Both the position numbers and the translations under genes were made by a program. Shown in pieces: positions 25,556-36,918 of a DNA stretch of 64,000 bases. Source of the stretch: Octopus vulgaris (lineage: Eukaryota); NCBI GenBank assembly GCA_951406725.2, contig OX597815.1:70246001-70310000 (forward strand), given 5' to 3'. The notes under the pieces were generated by a model, which had not been told where the DNA came from, did not search any database, and saw only the letters and a program-made list of their open reading frames with translations. How positions within the stretch are numbered: the first letter of the stretch is position 1; each line of letters begins with the position of its first letter.

Positions 25556-25560
<5 letters not shown>
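24872..25560. mobile_element. MITE/fold-back element with ~220-bp TIRs inserted in (TA)n
   Basis: 24896-25091 is the exact reverse complement of 25341-25536; outer 24 bp are imperfect IRs with GGC...GCC termini; (TG)/(TATG) core. Confidence 0.88.
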
Positions 25561-25592
<32 letters not shown>

Positions 25593-25624
25593 TTTATTTT
25601 AAGCAGCAGAAAATTCAACAAAAT

Positions 25625-25662
25625 CTGTTACTCTGAGTTTCTCGTTGCCGTTCATCAGACAG
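25625..25662 (-). ncRNA. Intact minimal type I hammerhead in a 78-bp cassette (25592-25669) between (TA)n tracts
   Basis: Minus strand: CTGT-CTGATGA-A-CG-GCAA-CG-A-GAAAC-TCAGA-GTA-ACAG; AATAAA near the 3' end of the cassette. Confidence 0.85.
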
Positions 25663-25668
25663 TTTTTG

Positions 25669-25798
<130 letters not shown>

Positions 25799-26649
25799 AT
25801 ATAGATACATATACACACATACATACATACATACATACATACATATTTATTACCTCCATCATCCTAATTCTTCTTTTTCAACCCTTCGTCTTTGCCTTTA
25901 GGACTCGCTCTCCTCATCATCATACCATATCCCCTCCCCCCGAACAAGACCTTTTCTCCACTGTTATGAACAAAATGTGTCTATCCTTTCTTTACCCTTC
26001 CTTCTAATAATAGTTCCTTCTCTATTCAGTTCCCCGCCATCTTTTCTTCTGCTTCCCTTCTCTCTCTCTCATTATTCGTCTATAAAACATTTTGTATTAA
26101 ACTTTAATTAATCGGGCAGCAAATGTCCCTCCTCCGCCTTCAATTTTTTAAACATGTTCCTTTTCATCCCTCTCTCTCTCTTTCTTTTTTATGTATCTCT
26201 CTGTCTTTCTTTTTATGTATCTCTCTCTCTTTCTTTTTTATGTATCTCTCTCTCTTTATCGCCCGTTCACGCAGACACACACACACACTCACTCATGCAC
26301 ACACACACATACACACACATTTGTCTCCCTGTTTCTACTCTATTTCCTTTACAATACAACTTAATTACTTCTCACCGCTATATACACGGTAAAAAACATC
26401 CTCCACCACCACCACCACCACCAGTATCATCAGCACTACAACCAGTATGAAAAGGGTACCACGAACGCCTCCTCCTCGAACACTACGTACATCCAGATCA
26501 GAACCCCACCACCACCACCACCACCACCACCACTACTACTATCACCACCAGCAAAACAACGAGCAAAACAGCCGCCACCTTCACTGCCAACATAAAAACG
26601 ATACAGGTTTAATCATCAGCAGTATCAAATGCTTGTCTGAGGTGACTTG

Positions 26650-27590
26650 ATCTGCTAAAGATAGCAGCCAAATCTCCCTCAAATTTTATCTACTTTTTTT
26701 AGAAATGGAAGGTTATATTTGTTATGTAGTACTGAAAGCACTGTATCTAAAGTAAAGATTAATGGTCACTGTTGTAAGCCTTTAGTTATAAATCTGCTCA
26801 ATTAGGGGTGACCTGGGGCTAAATCACAACAATGACAATATGTCAAAGAAAGCCTCCACGAAGTGACTTAATTTGCTAGAAATAGCAGCCAAATCACATT
26901 GAAATCATATACTGATCTGGAAAAGGAAGCACACATTGGACAATATAATACTAGATATTGAAAAAACGAGATGGTCACGACTAGAGAGCTTATGATTATA
27001 AACCTGCTTGACATGGAGGTTCAAACAACAGTTCTAACATCCGAGCAGACAGGAGAGTCTTTGTACAATTGCATCATGCTAGAAACAGGAAACCAAATTA
27101 CTCTCTAATCAATAAATAAAAGAACATGGTAAATTATTTAAGCTCCACAAACTCTTAAACACACGGTCGTTCATGGCTGGCGTTCTTTTGAATAAGTCTA
27201 CTAGGGTAGTTGACCTGGGGTTAAATACCAGCGATAACCATATGTCCATCAGATCATTGTATCGCTTTGATTAAGTAACAAGGTTCTGAATAATGTTCTA
27301 GATACACTAAAGTTGTGGGATGGGCTGGTCACTGTTGGAACACCTTTGATCACCTTTAAATCGGAGGTTTACTGACAAGAAAAGAATCAGTACGTACTTT
27401 CACACTCTTAGAAACAGCAGCCAAATATCGCTCAAACCACACCCTATTGTCTTAAAACCATTGCTTAATATTGCTCTTGATACACTGAACAAATACACTC
27501 GCAAAAAACGAGATGGAATGGTCTCGGCCAGAATACCTTTGAACGTCGGTTAGCTGATGAGCATTGATCTATGGCTAAACAAAAAACAGC
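26650..27590 (+). repeat. Head-to-tail array of ~5 degenerate ~200-bp units
   Basis: Unit gctagaaatagcagccaaat...tagatacact...atggtca..gctggaa..cctttgat...gacctggggctaaa-caacaa at ~26654, 26875, 27078, (27290) and 27408; related monomer at ~8400-8580. Confidence 0.75.
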
Positions 27591-29463
27591 TTTCTTCTAA
27601 TATTAACCACCATTTTTATTTTCTTCATCGTTCCCACCACCATCATTGACACCAGTATCACTCCCACTACTTTTAAATATTTACTCTCCCTCGCCTCCCG
27701 CTGCTAACAATATGGTGACTGCTACATGTTTATTTTTAACTTAGTACAACATAGCTTTATTAACTGTTTATTTTCCTCTTTCTTTCACAGTCATTCCTTT
27801 AGTCTTTTGCTTTCTCCTTCTTTCCCACTACATTTAATTCGTTCGTTGCGGACCCATTAATCTCTAATCTCAATTTCTTCAGTTTTTCCTTCTTACTTTT
27901 TTTCTCAAGTTTCTCTTTTTTCTCACTCCTTTCCCTCCATATTTAACATTGTCGCTCTCTCTTTCCCCCCATAGTTTCTGTTTTATTAGCTTCCATCTCC
28001 TCTCTCTTCACCTTTCCTTCAACGTATTTTTCTTTCCTCTTCATATATCATTCTCTCCTTTTCTATATATTTATACCCACTCCAATCCGTCTTTCCTTTC
28101 ACCCATCTTCTTTCTCTTCCTTCATTTCTTCCCCGCTTAATCTTACTAATTGTCTTTCCATAGCTTTATTTTTTCTCTGCTGCTTCCTTACTCTTTAATT
28201 ATCTTTCCTTTTTTCAAATCTCTCTTTGTATCATTCACAACCACGAAGGTTTTTTTTTTTCGTCTCTTCATACTTAGGCTTTCCCTATTTATCTAGCTCG
28301 CTAATTTTCTTACCTGCTACTCATCATCACCATCACCATCACCACTACCACCACCACCACCACTACCACCATCACCACTACCACCACCACCACTACCATC
28401 AACAGCAGCATATTGAGAATATTCAATAACTTTCTCCTTTCCTCTCTCTCCTTCTCTCCATTTTTCAGATATCTCTTTTGCTCTCTTTCCCATCAAACTA
28501 AAACAGTTTCCTTTCTTTTCTTTGTTTCTCTTTATTTTTATTTTTGGAACCCTCCCTTTCTTCTTCACAGTTCCATTGCTGACGTGGCGAAAGCTGACTC
28601 ACTGATATTAGGTCACATGACGTCACGTGACATAATAGGTTAACTCTTTTAATGCTTCCTATTTTTGTAACATATATCGTTGGAAGAGTGGAAACGGTAG
28701 AAAGGAGGGGAGAGGAAGAAGGAAACTACCAGAGACATAGTCGGAGGAAGAAGAGTTAGATAGTGGAAGGAAAAGGGAGCGTGATGGAGTAAATGAGTGG
28801 CAAGAACTAAAGTTAGAAAGAAGAAAGAAAGAGTGAGAGGAAGAGAAGGAGGTAAAGAGTAAGAAGAGAAGATTGGCGAGAGTGGGAAGGAGGGAGTGCG
28901 TAGGGAACCAGAAACAAGAAGGAATGAGGACAGTGAGAGGGGGAGTAATAAAAAAAAACATGAGAGGGAAAGAGAGGTGGAGTGATAGTAAGGATTAACT
29001 GAGGAGGAAGGAGGTAACAAGAAGCGGACAATGACCTCTTGGCAAATATTCAAGTTGCATCAATAGTTCCAGCTTCGATGATAGCGGTGAGGATGATGGT
29101 GCTGGTGATGATGATGATGTTGGTGAAGCTGATGGTGCTGCTGAAGGTGGTGATGATGATGGTATTGGTGGTGATGATGGTGGTGGTGATGGTAGTGTTG
29201 ATGGTGGTGATAATAGTGGTGATGGTGGTGACGGTGATGTTAGTGTGGGTGATGCTGGTGATGGTGATGGTTATATGAATTGTCGTGATGACGGTGATAG
29301 TAGTGATAACTAAGTAGTAGTAATGGTAGTAGTAGTAGCAGCAGCAGTAGTAGTAGTAGTAGAAGTAGTAGTAGTAGTAGTAGTTGTTGTTGTGGTAGCG
29401 GTGGTGGTGGTGGCCGTTGTGGTGACGATGGTGGTAGTAATTGTTCAGTGGAGCCAATAAAGA

Positions 29464-29496
<33 letters not shown>

Positions 29497-29497
29497 G

Positions 29498-29561
<64 letters not shown>

Positions 29562-29572
29562 CACTGCTACTG

Positions 29573-29625
<53 letters not shown>

Positions 29626-31004
29626 GAAATAATTGATATATCAGTAAAGCGGGGTAATCTCAGCGGTGTTGTTATTGTTAATGCTGTTATAATTAGAAAT
29701 ACGAAGCAGTAGTAGTTGTTTAATAAACTATTAATAGTGGTGGTGGTAGTGGTAGTGGTGACGGCGGCGGTGGCTGAAGTGGCGGCGGAGGCTGCGGTGG
29801 TTGCGGCGGCGGTGGAGGTGGCGGTGGCGATGATGGCACTGATGGTGATGATGGTAATGTCGAATATTTAGGTTTAATAGTGTTGTTTAACCCCAGCAGC
29901 ATTCCAGTCACGATCATCTCGTCTTAATTTCAGTCATAGTATATCTTTATTGAGAACTACGTTATCCCTGAGTCTTTTGTAAAGACTGTAGGTTGTGATT
30001 TGAGAGAGATTTAGCTTCTGTTTCTAGCATATTGGGCATCCACTTAAGGCTCTTTTGCTTCATGTTGTTGTTGTTGTTGGTAGTGGTGGTGGTTTGGGGT
30101 GGTAGTGATGTTGGCAGTGGTTTATTCAATTGTCTATTCCAACAGCAAATGGTGGCAAAGGAGGGGAAGATAGCAATGACGGTATTGTTGCAAGTTAGTG
30201 ATAGTGGTGGTAGGAGGTGAATCGAAAATAATGGTGGTTTGTAGCGTTTTCTTTTTATTAGTAAGCGTTGGCAGTAGTAATGGTGATGTGGTGGTGATTT
30301 CTTTGTTACTGATAGTGTTTGCTGTTTAGTAATCAGTCTCCGTCGTCTTCGTATCGTTGTCACCAACCTAAGTACTTACCCAACTAGAAGTTGTTTCACA
30401 TCTGTCTGTGATCAGACGAAAACTTGTTTCCAGTGAAATATAGCCGCCATGTTGATATGGCTGCTAGCTAGTGAAACAGAACCGCTGCAAGCTAGTTTTG
30501 GCCGCCATCTTAAAATAGCAGTAGGCTATATCTATCTCTGTTAACGAAAGTCGGGATGCGTGGCGTTCAGTTATTCCATAAATGAAAAATGCATTAAATA
30601 TTACAAAATGTACATGTAGGACAGACACAAGGACCCTAATTCTTCCTCAGTTATCGACCAAAAATGCTAATACCCAGTTTCATGCCTTTAACCACAAGAC
30701 TGGGAACTTCGTATATCGGCGGCACCCGCAAGATTTGCGTAGAATTAAGGCTCGAGCAAACAAAACAATACAAGGTGAACATAGGAAAGTAAAGAGAATT
30801 TGAAACGATTGATGAAGACAATAAATAAACCCTTTCGGCCAAACACGAGAATGAAGGTTAACGCCTGGAAGATATCCCCAAATGGATAAAAAAAAATTAG
30901 CTAGAAAGGAGAAAAAGTTGACCAGTACGCGAGGCGTAGCAGATAGAAGGGAAAGAGCGGCAGAGAGATAAGGAGGGAGAGAGAGTGGCAGAGGGAGAGA
31001 GAGA

Positions 31005-31046
<42 letters not shown>

Positions 31047-31744
31047 GAAAGAACAGGGAAAGGAAGGAAGAAAGTCTACAATTAAGTGTCAGCAGACGAG
31101 AGAGATGGAGAGAGGAAGTAGGGATGCTAGAAAAGGAATATTAAGAATAGAAAGAAAGAGTCGCAAACAATATATGAAAACTTAATGCTAACAAAAGTCG
31201 ATGAAATCTGCTGGAACTGCAGAGTGTCCGCCAAAATTCTTGGTTGTATTAATTACGTACTATTATATCTAACTTTTAAATCCCGTTTTGTTCAAATTTC
31301 TTGTTCAATAAAACAAATACTAGTCATATAACGATGTCACATCGACGACTTTACCTCACTTTCAAAATATTTGTGCATTCGAAATGAAGAGGGAGCCTCT
31401 ACGCGATCACCCGATGTAACCGCCCAACCTCCTTCAAATCTCACTGCATTCTATTATCACAGTCAAGGGCTGTGGTCGTGCTGGGGTACCGTCATTTTAG
31501 CGATTTTAGAAAAATAAGCCCTACTGTATTTTTTTTTTTTAAATCATTCATTAGAAAATGAGTTGATCGATTTTCCCTCAGAACAAGCTGAAGTATGCGG
31601 GGGAGGAGTGTTGAGAAAGGGTTATAACAGTCACTGAAACGTGGGAAGCAATGACTAACAGAATGTGGGACAACTCGACTAGTATGAATTGTATACCATA
31701 CGCATCTTATTATATGCCACTTTTTAGGCCACCTTTTGACAGAT

Positions 31745-33495
31745 ACCTACCACAACACACAACAGAACGGGAAAATTCCCATTTCTGTGAGCCGTGGAGT
31801 AGTAGCCCTACTGAGAAAGGACTCGAAAAAAGTGGATCACATTGATAATTTTCGGCTCATAACTCTGCAACATTCAGAATTCAAGACTTTGGCCAAGGTG
31901 TTAGCGGAGTGGACATTGTTGTCGATGGTCTTATCGGTGATGCACAAACATGCTCCATTCTGAAGAGATTTATCTTCGACAATTTCCACTTTATGCGATA
32001 CATAGTATAGTGGGTGGGCAAAGAAGCTGGCATGGATCGGGCTTCGATCAGTTTAGATCAGTTGAAAGCTCTCGATATGGTTGACCATCAATACCTGAAG
32101 GCTGTCATCATGGCAGCTGGTTTCAGTCCCGTCTCCTGTGGTTGGCTCGCCGCTATTAACAGTAACACCTATTCAGTGGTTAGAATAAATGGCCATCTAT
32201 CGGAACAGTTCAACATAATCCGTTCTGTTCATCAAGGTTCTCTCCTCTCTTCTTTCTGCATGAAATTACTCTTGAGCCACTACTGTGAAACTAGAGATAT
32301 TGACGGGCATCCTGCACGAACTGTATTGCCAAATGTGGATGACGTCACCGTAATAGAGTCGGACCCCGAGCACATCAAAGTAATCGACACTGTTCTAAGG
32401 AAGTACGTGGCAGTGACAAAAGTTAAAGTTAACGAAAAAAAATGTCAGTGGGCCTACAGCTAGACACCTAAAGCAACACGTCCATGACGTCCAACAGCAT
32501 CGTGGGGCGCTGGACGGATGGACCGTTTAAATAGATTGAGAACTGATTTTGGTCCAGACCTCCAAATGGAGATGATTTGTCACAATGTAACAAGCAGGGT
32601 GGCCTCTCTTACTCAGGAATGGGATGAGAGAAAGCTATCCCTGAATGGTCAGGTACAAGTGGAGAAACATTACATCGCCTTCGCTATATATAACCGCTTG
32701 ACCGTCGAGCCATGCCCCAGTTCACGTCTGACAGACTAGAGCATCTATTCTTCCATTTCTGCGGAGGAGACACGATCTATTGATCAGGTGCTCGATTTAC
32801 TTTCAACACCCGCCGAGTGGAAAACGGCACGTCGTAGTTGATGGTGCACAGACAGTCACTGAGCTGCAACATCTGCAGCAATTTCTTGATGGCGATCAAT
32901 TGTGGTCGCCGTTTGTCTGATGCCTCTTTCCACAGCTCATCTCTTTGGCAGAGCTGCTTTCCTAGATTAAGCAAAGACCGAGATAGGGAGTTGGGCAACT
33001 GAAATGTCACCAAACGCTTATAACTTTCTAACAGTCGGGCAATGCGGTAGGTGGAAGCTCCACGTTGATGTTCTATAGAGGGTTAGTGGCGAGAAAGAGT
33101 GAAAACGTTCGCAGGGAAACTCTAGATGTCGACGAAAATCAACTGGTTAGGTTTTATCCCCAGGATTTTCGAGCAAGGCACATAAATTACTTCCAGAAAT
33201 ATGTGACCTACCTGTGCAACCGGAGGAAGAAAAGGACATTGCTGGCCCGAGGTAAACTGTACATCTACGGAAGTGTCGCCGGCCGGGGTTTCCACGAGTA
33301 GACATTGTAGGTCTCTTCATTTGGGGATTTATTCATTCTTTGAATTTTCTTTGTTTCTTTGATACTATTATTCTCCTTTTCACTCCGTTATGTTATCCCA
33401 TCGTACATAGCGTTCCGTTATGTTATCCCACTTTGTACCGTTCTGTACCGTCACCATTATTTTTGTTAACTCTTCGTAGTTAATAAAGAAAGCAT
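31745..33495 (+). mobile_element. Old, 5'-truncated Tx1-type LINE related to the 35.1-kb element
   Basis: QQNGKIP..SRGVVALLRKD..DNFRLITL, SLDQLKALDMVDHQYL, FGPDLQME, FYRGLV; collinear with ORF2 at 38390-39930; ends AATAAAGAAA followed by TTA repeats. Confidence 0.85.
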
Positions 33496-33524
33496 TATGG
33501 TTATTATTAATAACGAGTTAAACA

Positions 33525-33735
33525 TAGCGATGAATTGAAAAAGTTGAAATTGCCGAAATTGAAATCGCCGAAATTGCTTTGTAGTATTTGTTCATGCCTT
33601 CTACATTTTGAGTTCAAATTCCACCGAGGTCAAATTTGCCTTTCGTCCTTTCGAGTTAGATAAAATAAGTACCTGTCGAACAATGGGGTCGACATAATCT
33701 CCCAATATTTCAGGCTTTGTCCCTATAACAGAAAA
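33525..33735 (+). mobile_element. SINE family B copy
   Basis: gagttcaaattccaccgaggtc..gcctttcgtcctttcg..gataaaataagtacc. Confidence 0.75.
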
Positions 33736-33935
33736 TGTAACAAAATGATTAGAATGAATGACCCTACTCTAAGTATGCGCCTGTAGACTGGAGAGCAGGA
33801 GAGAGGGTTCGTATGTTTGGTGATTAGGATGATCCCTGATCTGTGAGGTTCTTTGATTGACTCTAGTTGGAGTTTCTCCTATACTAGAACTACATCATCT
33901 ATGTTATCTCATACTTTGTATAATATTTATTGTTA

Positions 33936-33996
<61 letters not shown>

Positions 33997-34550
33997 GAGT
34001 GAGAGAGCAGTGCATGCCATCAAAGTGACACTGGGGTAAAATATACGAAGCCCAGTATACCCATCATAACTACCCGTCTGATAAGGGCACACCAGGCACA
34101 TGCATCACAACCATATGTGCGCGATATGGTGATCTCATATGAAGATAAACAGCACATGACCTTGCAGGTGGGGCCCAGTTAGAATTTTCTTCTGGTCGAG
34201 TAACCCATCCCACTCAAAAGGTCCTTGAATAAGAGTTATTTAAGGATGTTAAATGAAACACCCATGTTTCCAGAGGTGAATTATTTAAACCCCAAACAAT
34301 CCCTCTCAACATATGACTATGATGCTCCCCCACTACTTCTGCTCGTGATCAGAGATGCACATATCGTCAGCCACTAAGGGACATGCTCAACTGGTTAAGG
34401 TCAAACAACTGACAAGCAAATCTGTGGTATTGAGCAGAATATTTGCTGTAGCCCATCTTTTATACCAAGACAAAACAATGTACATGATAACACTTCCAAT
34501 CCGTTAAGATCAGAAGCCATGAGAGCCACTGCCTGGTACTGCATCAGGGC
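33997..34550. mobile_element. ~555-bp non-coding interspersed element bounded by (ATT)n and ATT-(ATC)n
   Basis: Complex sequence with sharp borders inside a trinucleotide tract and no ORF; looks like a non-autonomous retroelement inserted in (AAT)n (inference). Confidence 0.5.
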
Positions 34551-35105
<555 letters not shown>

Positions 35106-35233
35106 AAAGGCAACAAAGCTCCTCCTTCCGAACCGGAGAGCACGCGCTCGGTTCAAAAGGAGAATGCAAGCCAGGACGTCGCGTTCGACGTCACTCTTGA
35201 TTTTCCCCCTCTGCCTTCACCCAATGCTTTGGT

Positions 35234-36877
35234 ACGGAAGGAGGAGGGAAAAAAACAAATACAAAAATCATCACAAACATTGACACGGAGATAAAAGAAA
35301 AAACTTCCAACAATTTTGCTTCTGCTGCGAAGCAAATTTCGGAGGAAGTTAAGATAACTCTAGAAGATGTGAAAAGAGCGAAGGAGTTGTTGAGGAAGGA
35401 TGGCAATGGCATCTTCCTCAATACTCCACAAGAGGTGATTGAAAGCACCAACAAAAAAACAATCATTTACAAAGTTTTCGACAGAAAACTAAAAAGAATA
35501 ACAAATGCCACACCCCAACAGTTGGAGATAGCTCTAAAGCCCATTTGGGCCCAAAAGAGCTACGTAACCAAGGGGAAGCGTTTTGGAACCGTGGAGGTTC
35601 GCTTCCCAACAGAGGAGCTTGCAAGGGCGAACGCCATTTCGCCCTTGCAAACTGAGAATTTGTTACTAGTTCCGACCCACCTCGGGCGAAGAGTAACAAA
35701 AATAAAAATCGACCTCGCACCCCCTGAGCTAGATATGTCATGGCTGGTGGCAGCTGTCCTCTATGATATAGAGGACACTACCACCATTCTAGATGTCAGG
35801 AGAGTGAGGGCGAAAAACTGGTTGGGGATGGGAGTGCTGCTTCTTGCGCAAATTCAGCAAGAGAATATAAGTAAAGTCCCTGATTTCGTAAGTTTGCCGG
35901 ACGGCACCAGGCTAAACGTTGCTGTGGAGGGGCGAAAGCCAAAATGTTTCCTCTGCAGCAGCGAAAGCCACTTAAAGAGGGACTGTCCCATTCACAAAAA
36001 GAGGATGGAGGCTTTCAGCAAGAGGCAGCAGCAACAACAACAACAACAACAACACAAGCAACAACAACAGAAACAACAAAAACAACAAGAAACACCAAAG
36101 GCTGCCACACCACCAACACCATCACCAACACCAGCACCAAGACGAACAACACCACCTCCAACAACAACAACCACCACCAAACCAACACCGACAACCACCA
36201 CCAAACCAACACCGACACCAGTACCTCGAAGGTCGACAGCAGCGACATCAACAGTAACAGGAGCAGCGGCACCACCGATACCGGCGGAACCAAAAACTTT
36301 TCGTCCTGCTACTGAAGCAGACCCCTCAACCATTCCTTTGCCGGATGAAGAGATCTCGGATTGTGCGAGCTCTGATTCCAACAAAGGAGAATGGAACATA
36401 GTGCCTCCAAAAAAGAAAAGGAGGAAAAAACAAAAAGATTTACAGGGGAAACACGAACAAATAGTACTTCCCAACATCAACAACAACATCAACAACAACA
36501 CACACTCACAACAACAAACAACAACAACAACACTTTCGACACCACTACTGCCACTACCACAGACACAAACAAACACAGACACAATTACAGACACGATTAC
36601 AGCAGTGAATACAAGAAACCAGGAACTGGTTGAGTATTTGAAAAACAAAACAAGCACAAACATTACAGATTTCATAATACCTACACACAACACACCACCA
36701 GCACACATTCTCACAATAAAAATAAACAAAACAGTTTACAACAAAATAAAACAAATATTCCCTAACGATGTGGGATCGTTAGGGAAAAGTTTCTCTCAGA
36801 AACTTTACAAAAATATTATTGAAGCACCCGTGCAAAAGCACAATGGAGCCACCCCCACCACCAACAACAGTAAGTAG
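35234..36877 (+). CDS. Tx1 ORF1 (gag-like nucleic-acid-binding protein)
   Basis: Frame open from 35201; CFLCSSESHLKRDC knuckle; FASAAK and WNIVPPKKKRRKK motifs; poly-Q and Thr/Pro tail. Start uncertain (ACG 35234 or GTG 35369; first in-frame ATG is 35735). Confidence 0.85.
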   Translation, partial: TEGGGKKTNTKIITNIDTEIKEKTSNNFASAAKQISEEVKITLEDVKRAKELLRKDGNGIFLNTPQEVIESTNKKTIIYKVFDRKLKRITNATPQQLEIALKPIWAQKSYVTKGKRFGTVEVRFPTEELARANAISPLQTENLLLVPTHLGRRVTKIKIDLAPPELDMSWLVAAVLYDIEDTTTILDVRRVRAKNWLGMGVLLLAQIQQENISKVPDFVSLPDGTRLNVAVEGRKPKCFLCSSESHLKRDCPIHKKRMEAFSKRQQQQQQQQQHKQQQQKQQKQQETPKAATPPTPSPTPAPRRTTPPPTTTTTTKPTPTTTTKPTPTPVPRRSTAATSTVTGAAAPPIPAEPKTFRPATEADPSTIPLPDEEISDCASSDSNKGEWNIVPPKKKRRKKQKDLQGKHEQIVLPNINNNINNNTHSQQQTTTTTLSTPLLPLPQTQTNTDTITDTITAVNTRNQELVEYLKNKTSTNITDFIIPTHNTPPAHILTIKINKTVYNKIKQIFPNDVGSLGKSFSQKLYKNIIEAPVQKHNGATPTTNNSK

Positions 36878-36918
36878 AGCCTTTTTTCTCCTTTTTTTTT
36901 CGCCCTAACTTTTGAAAC

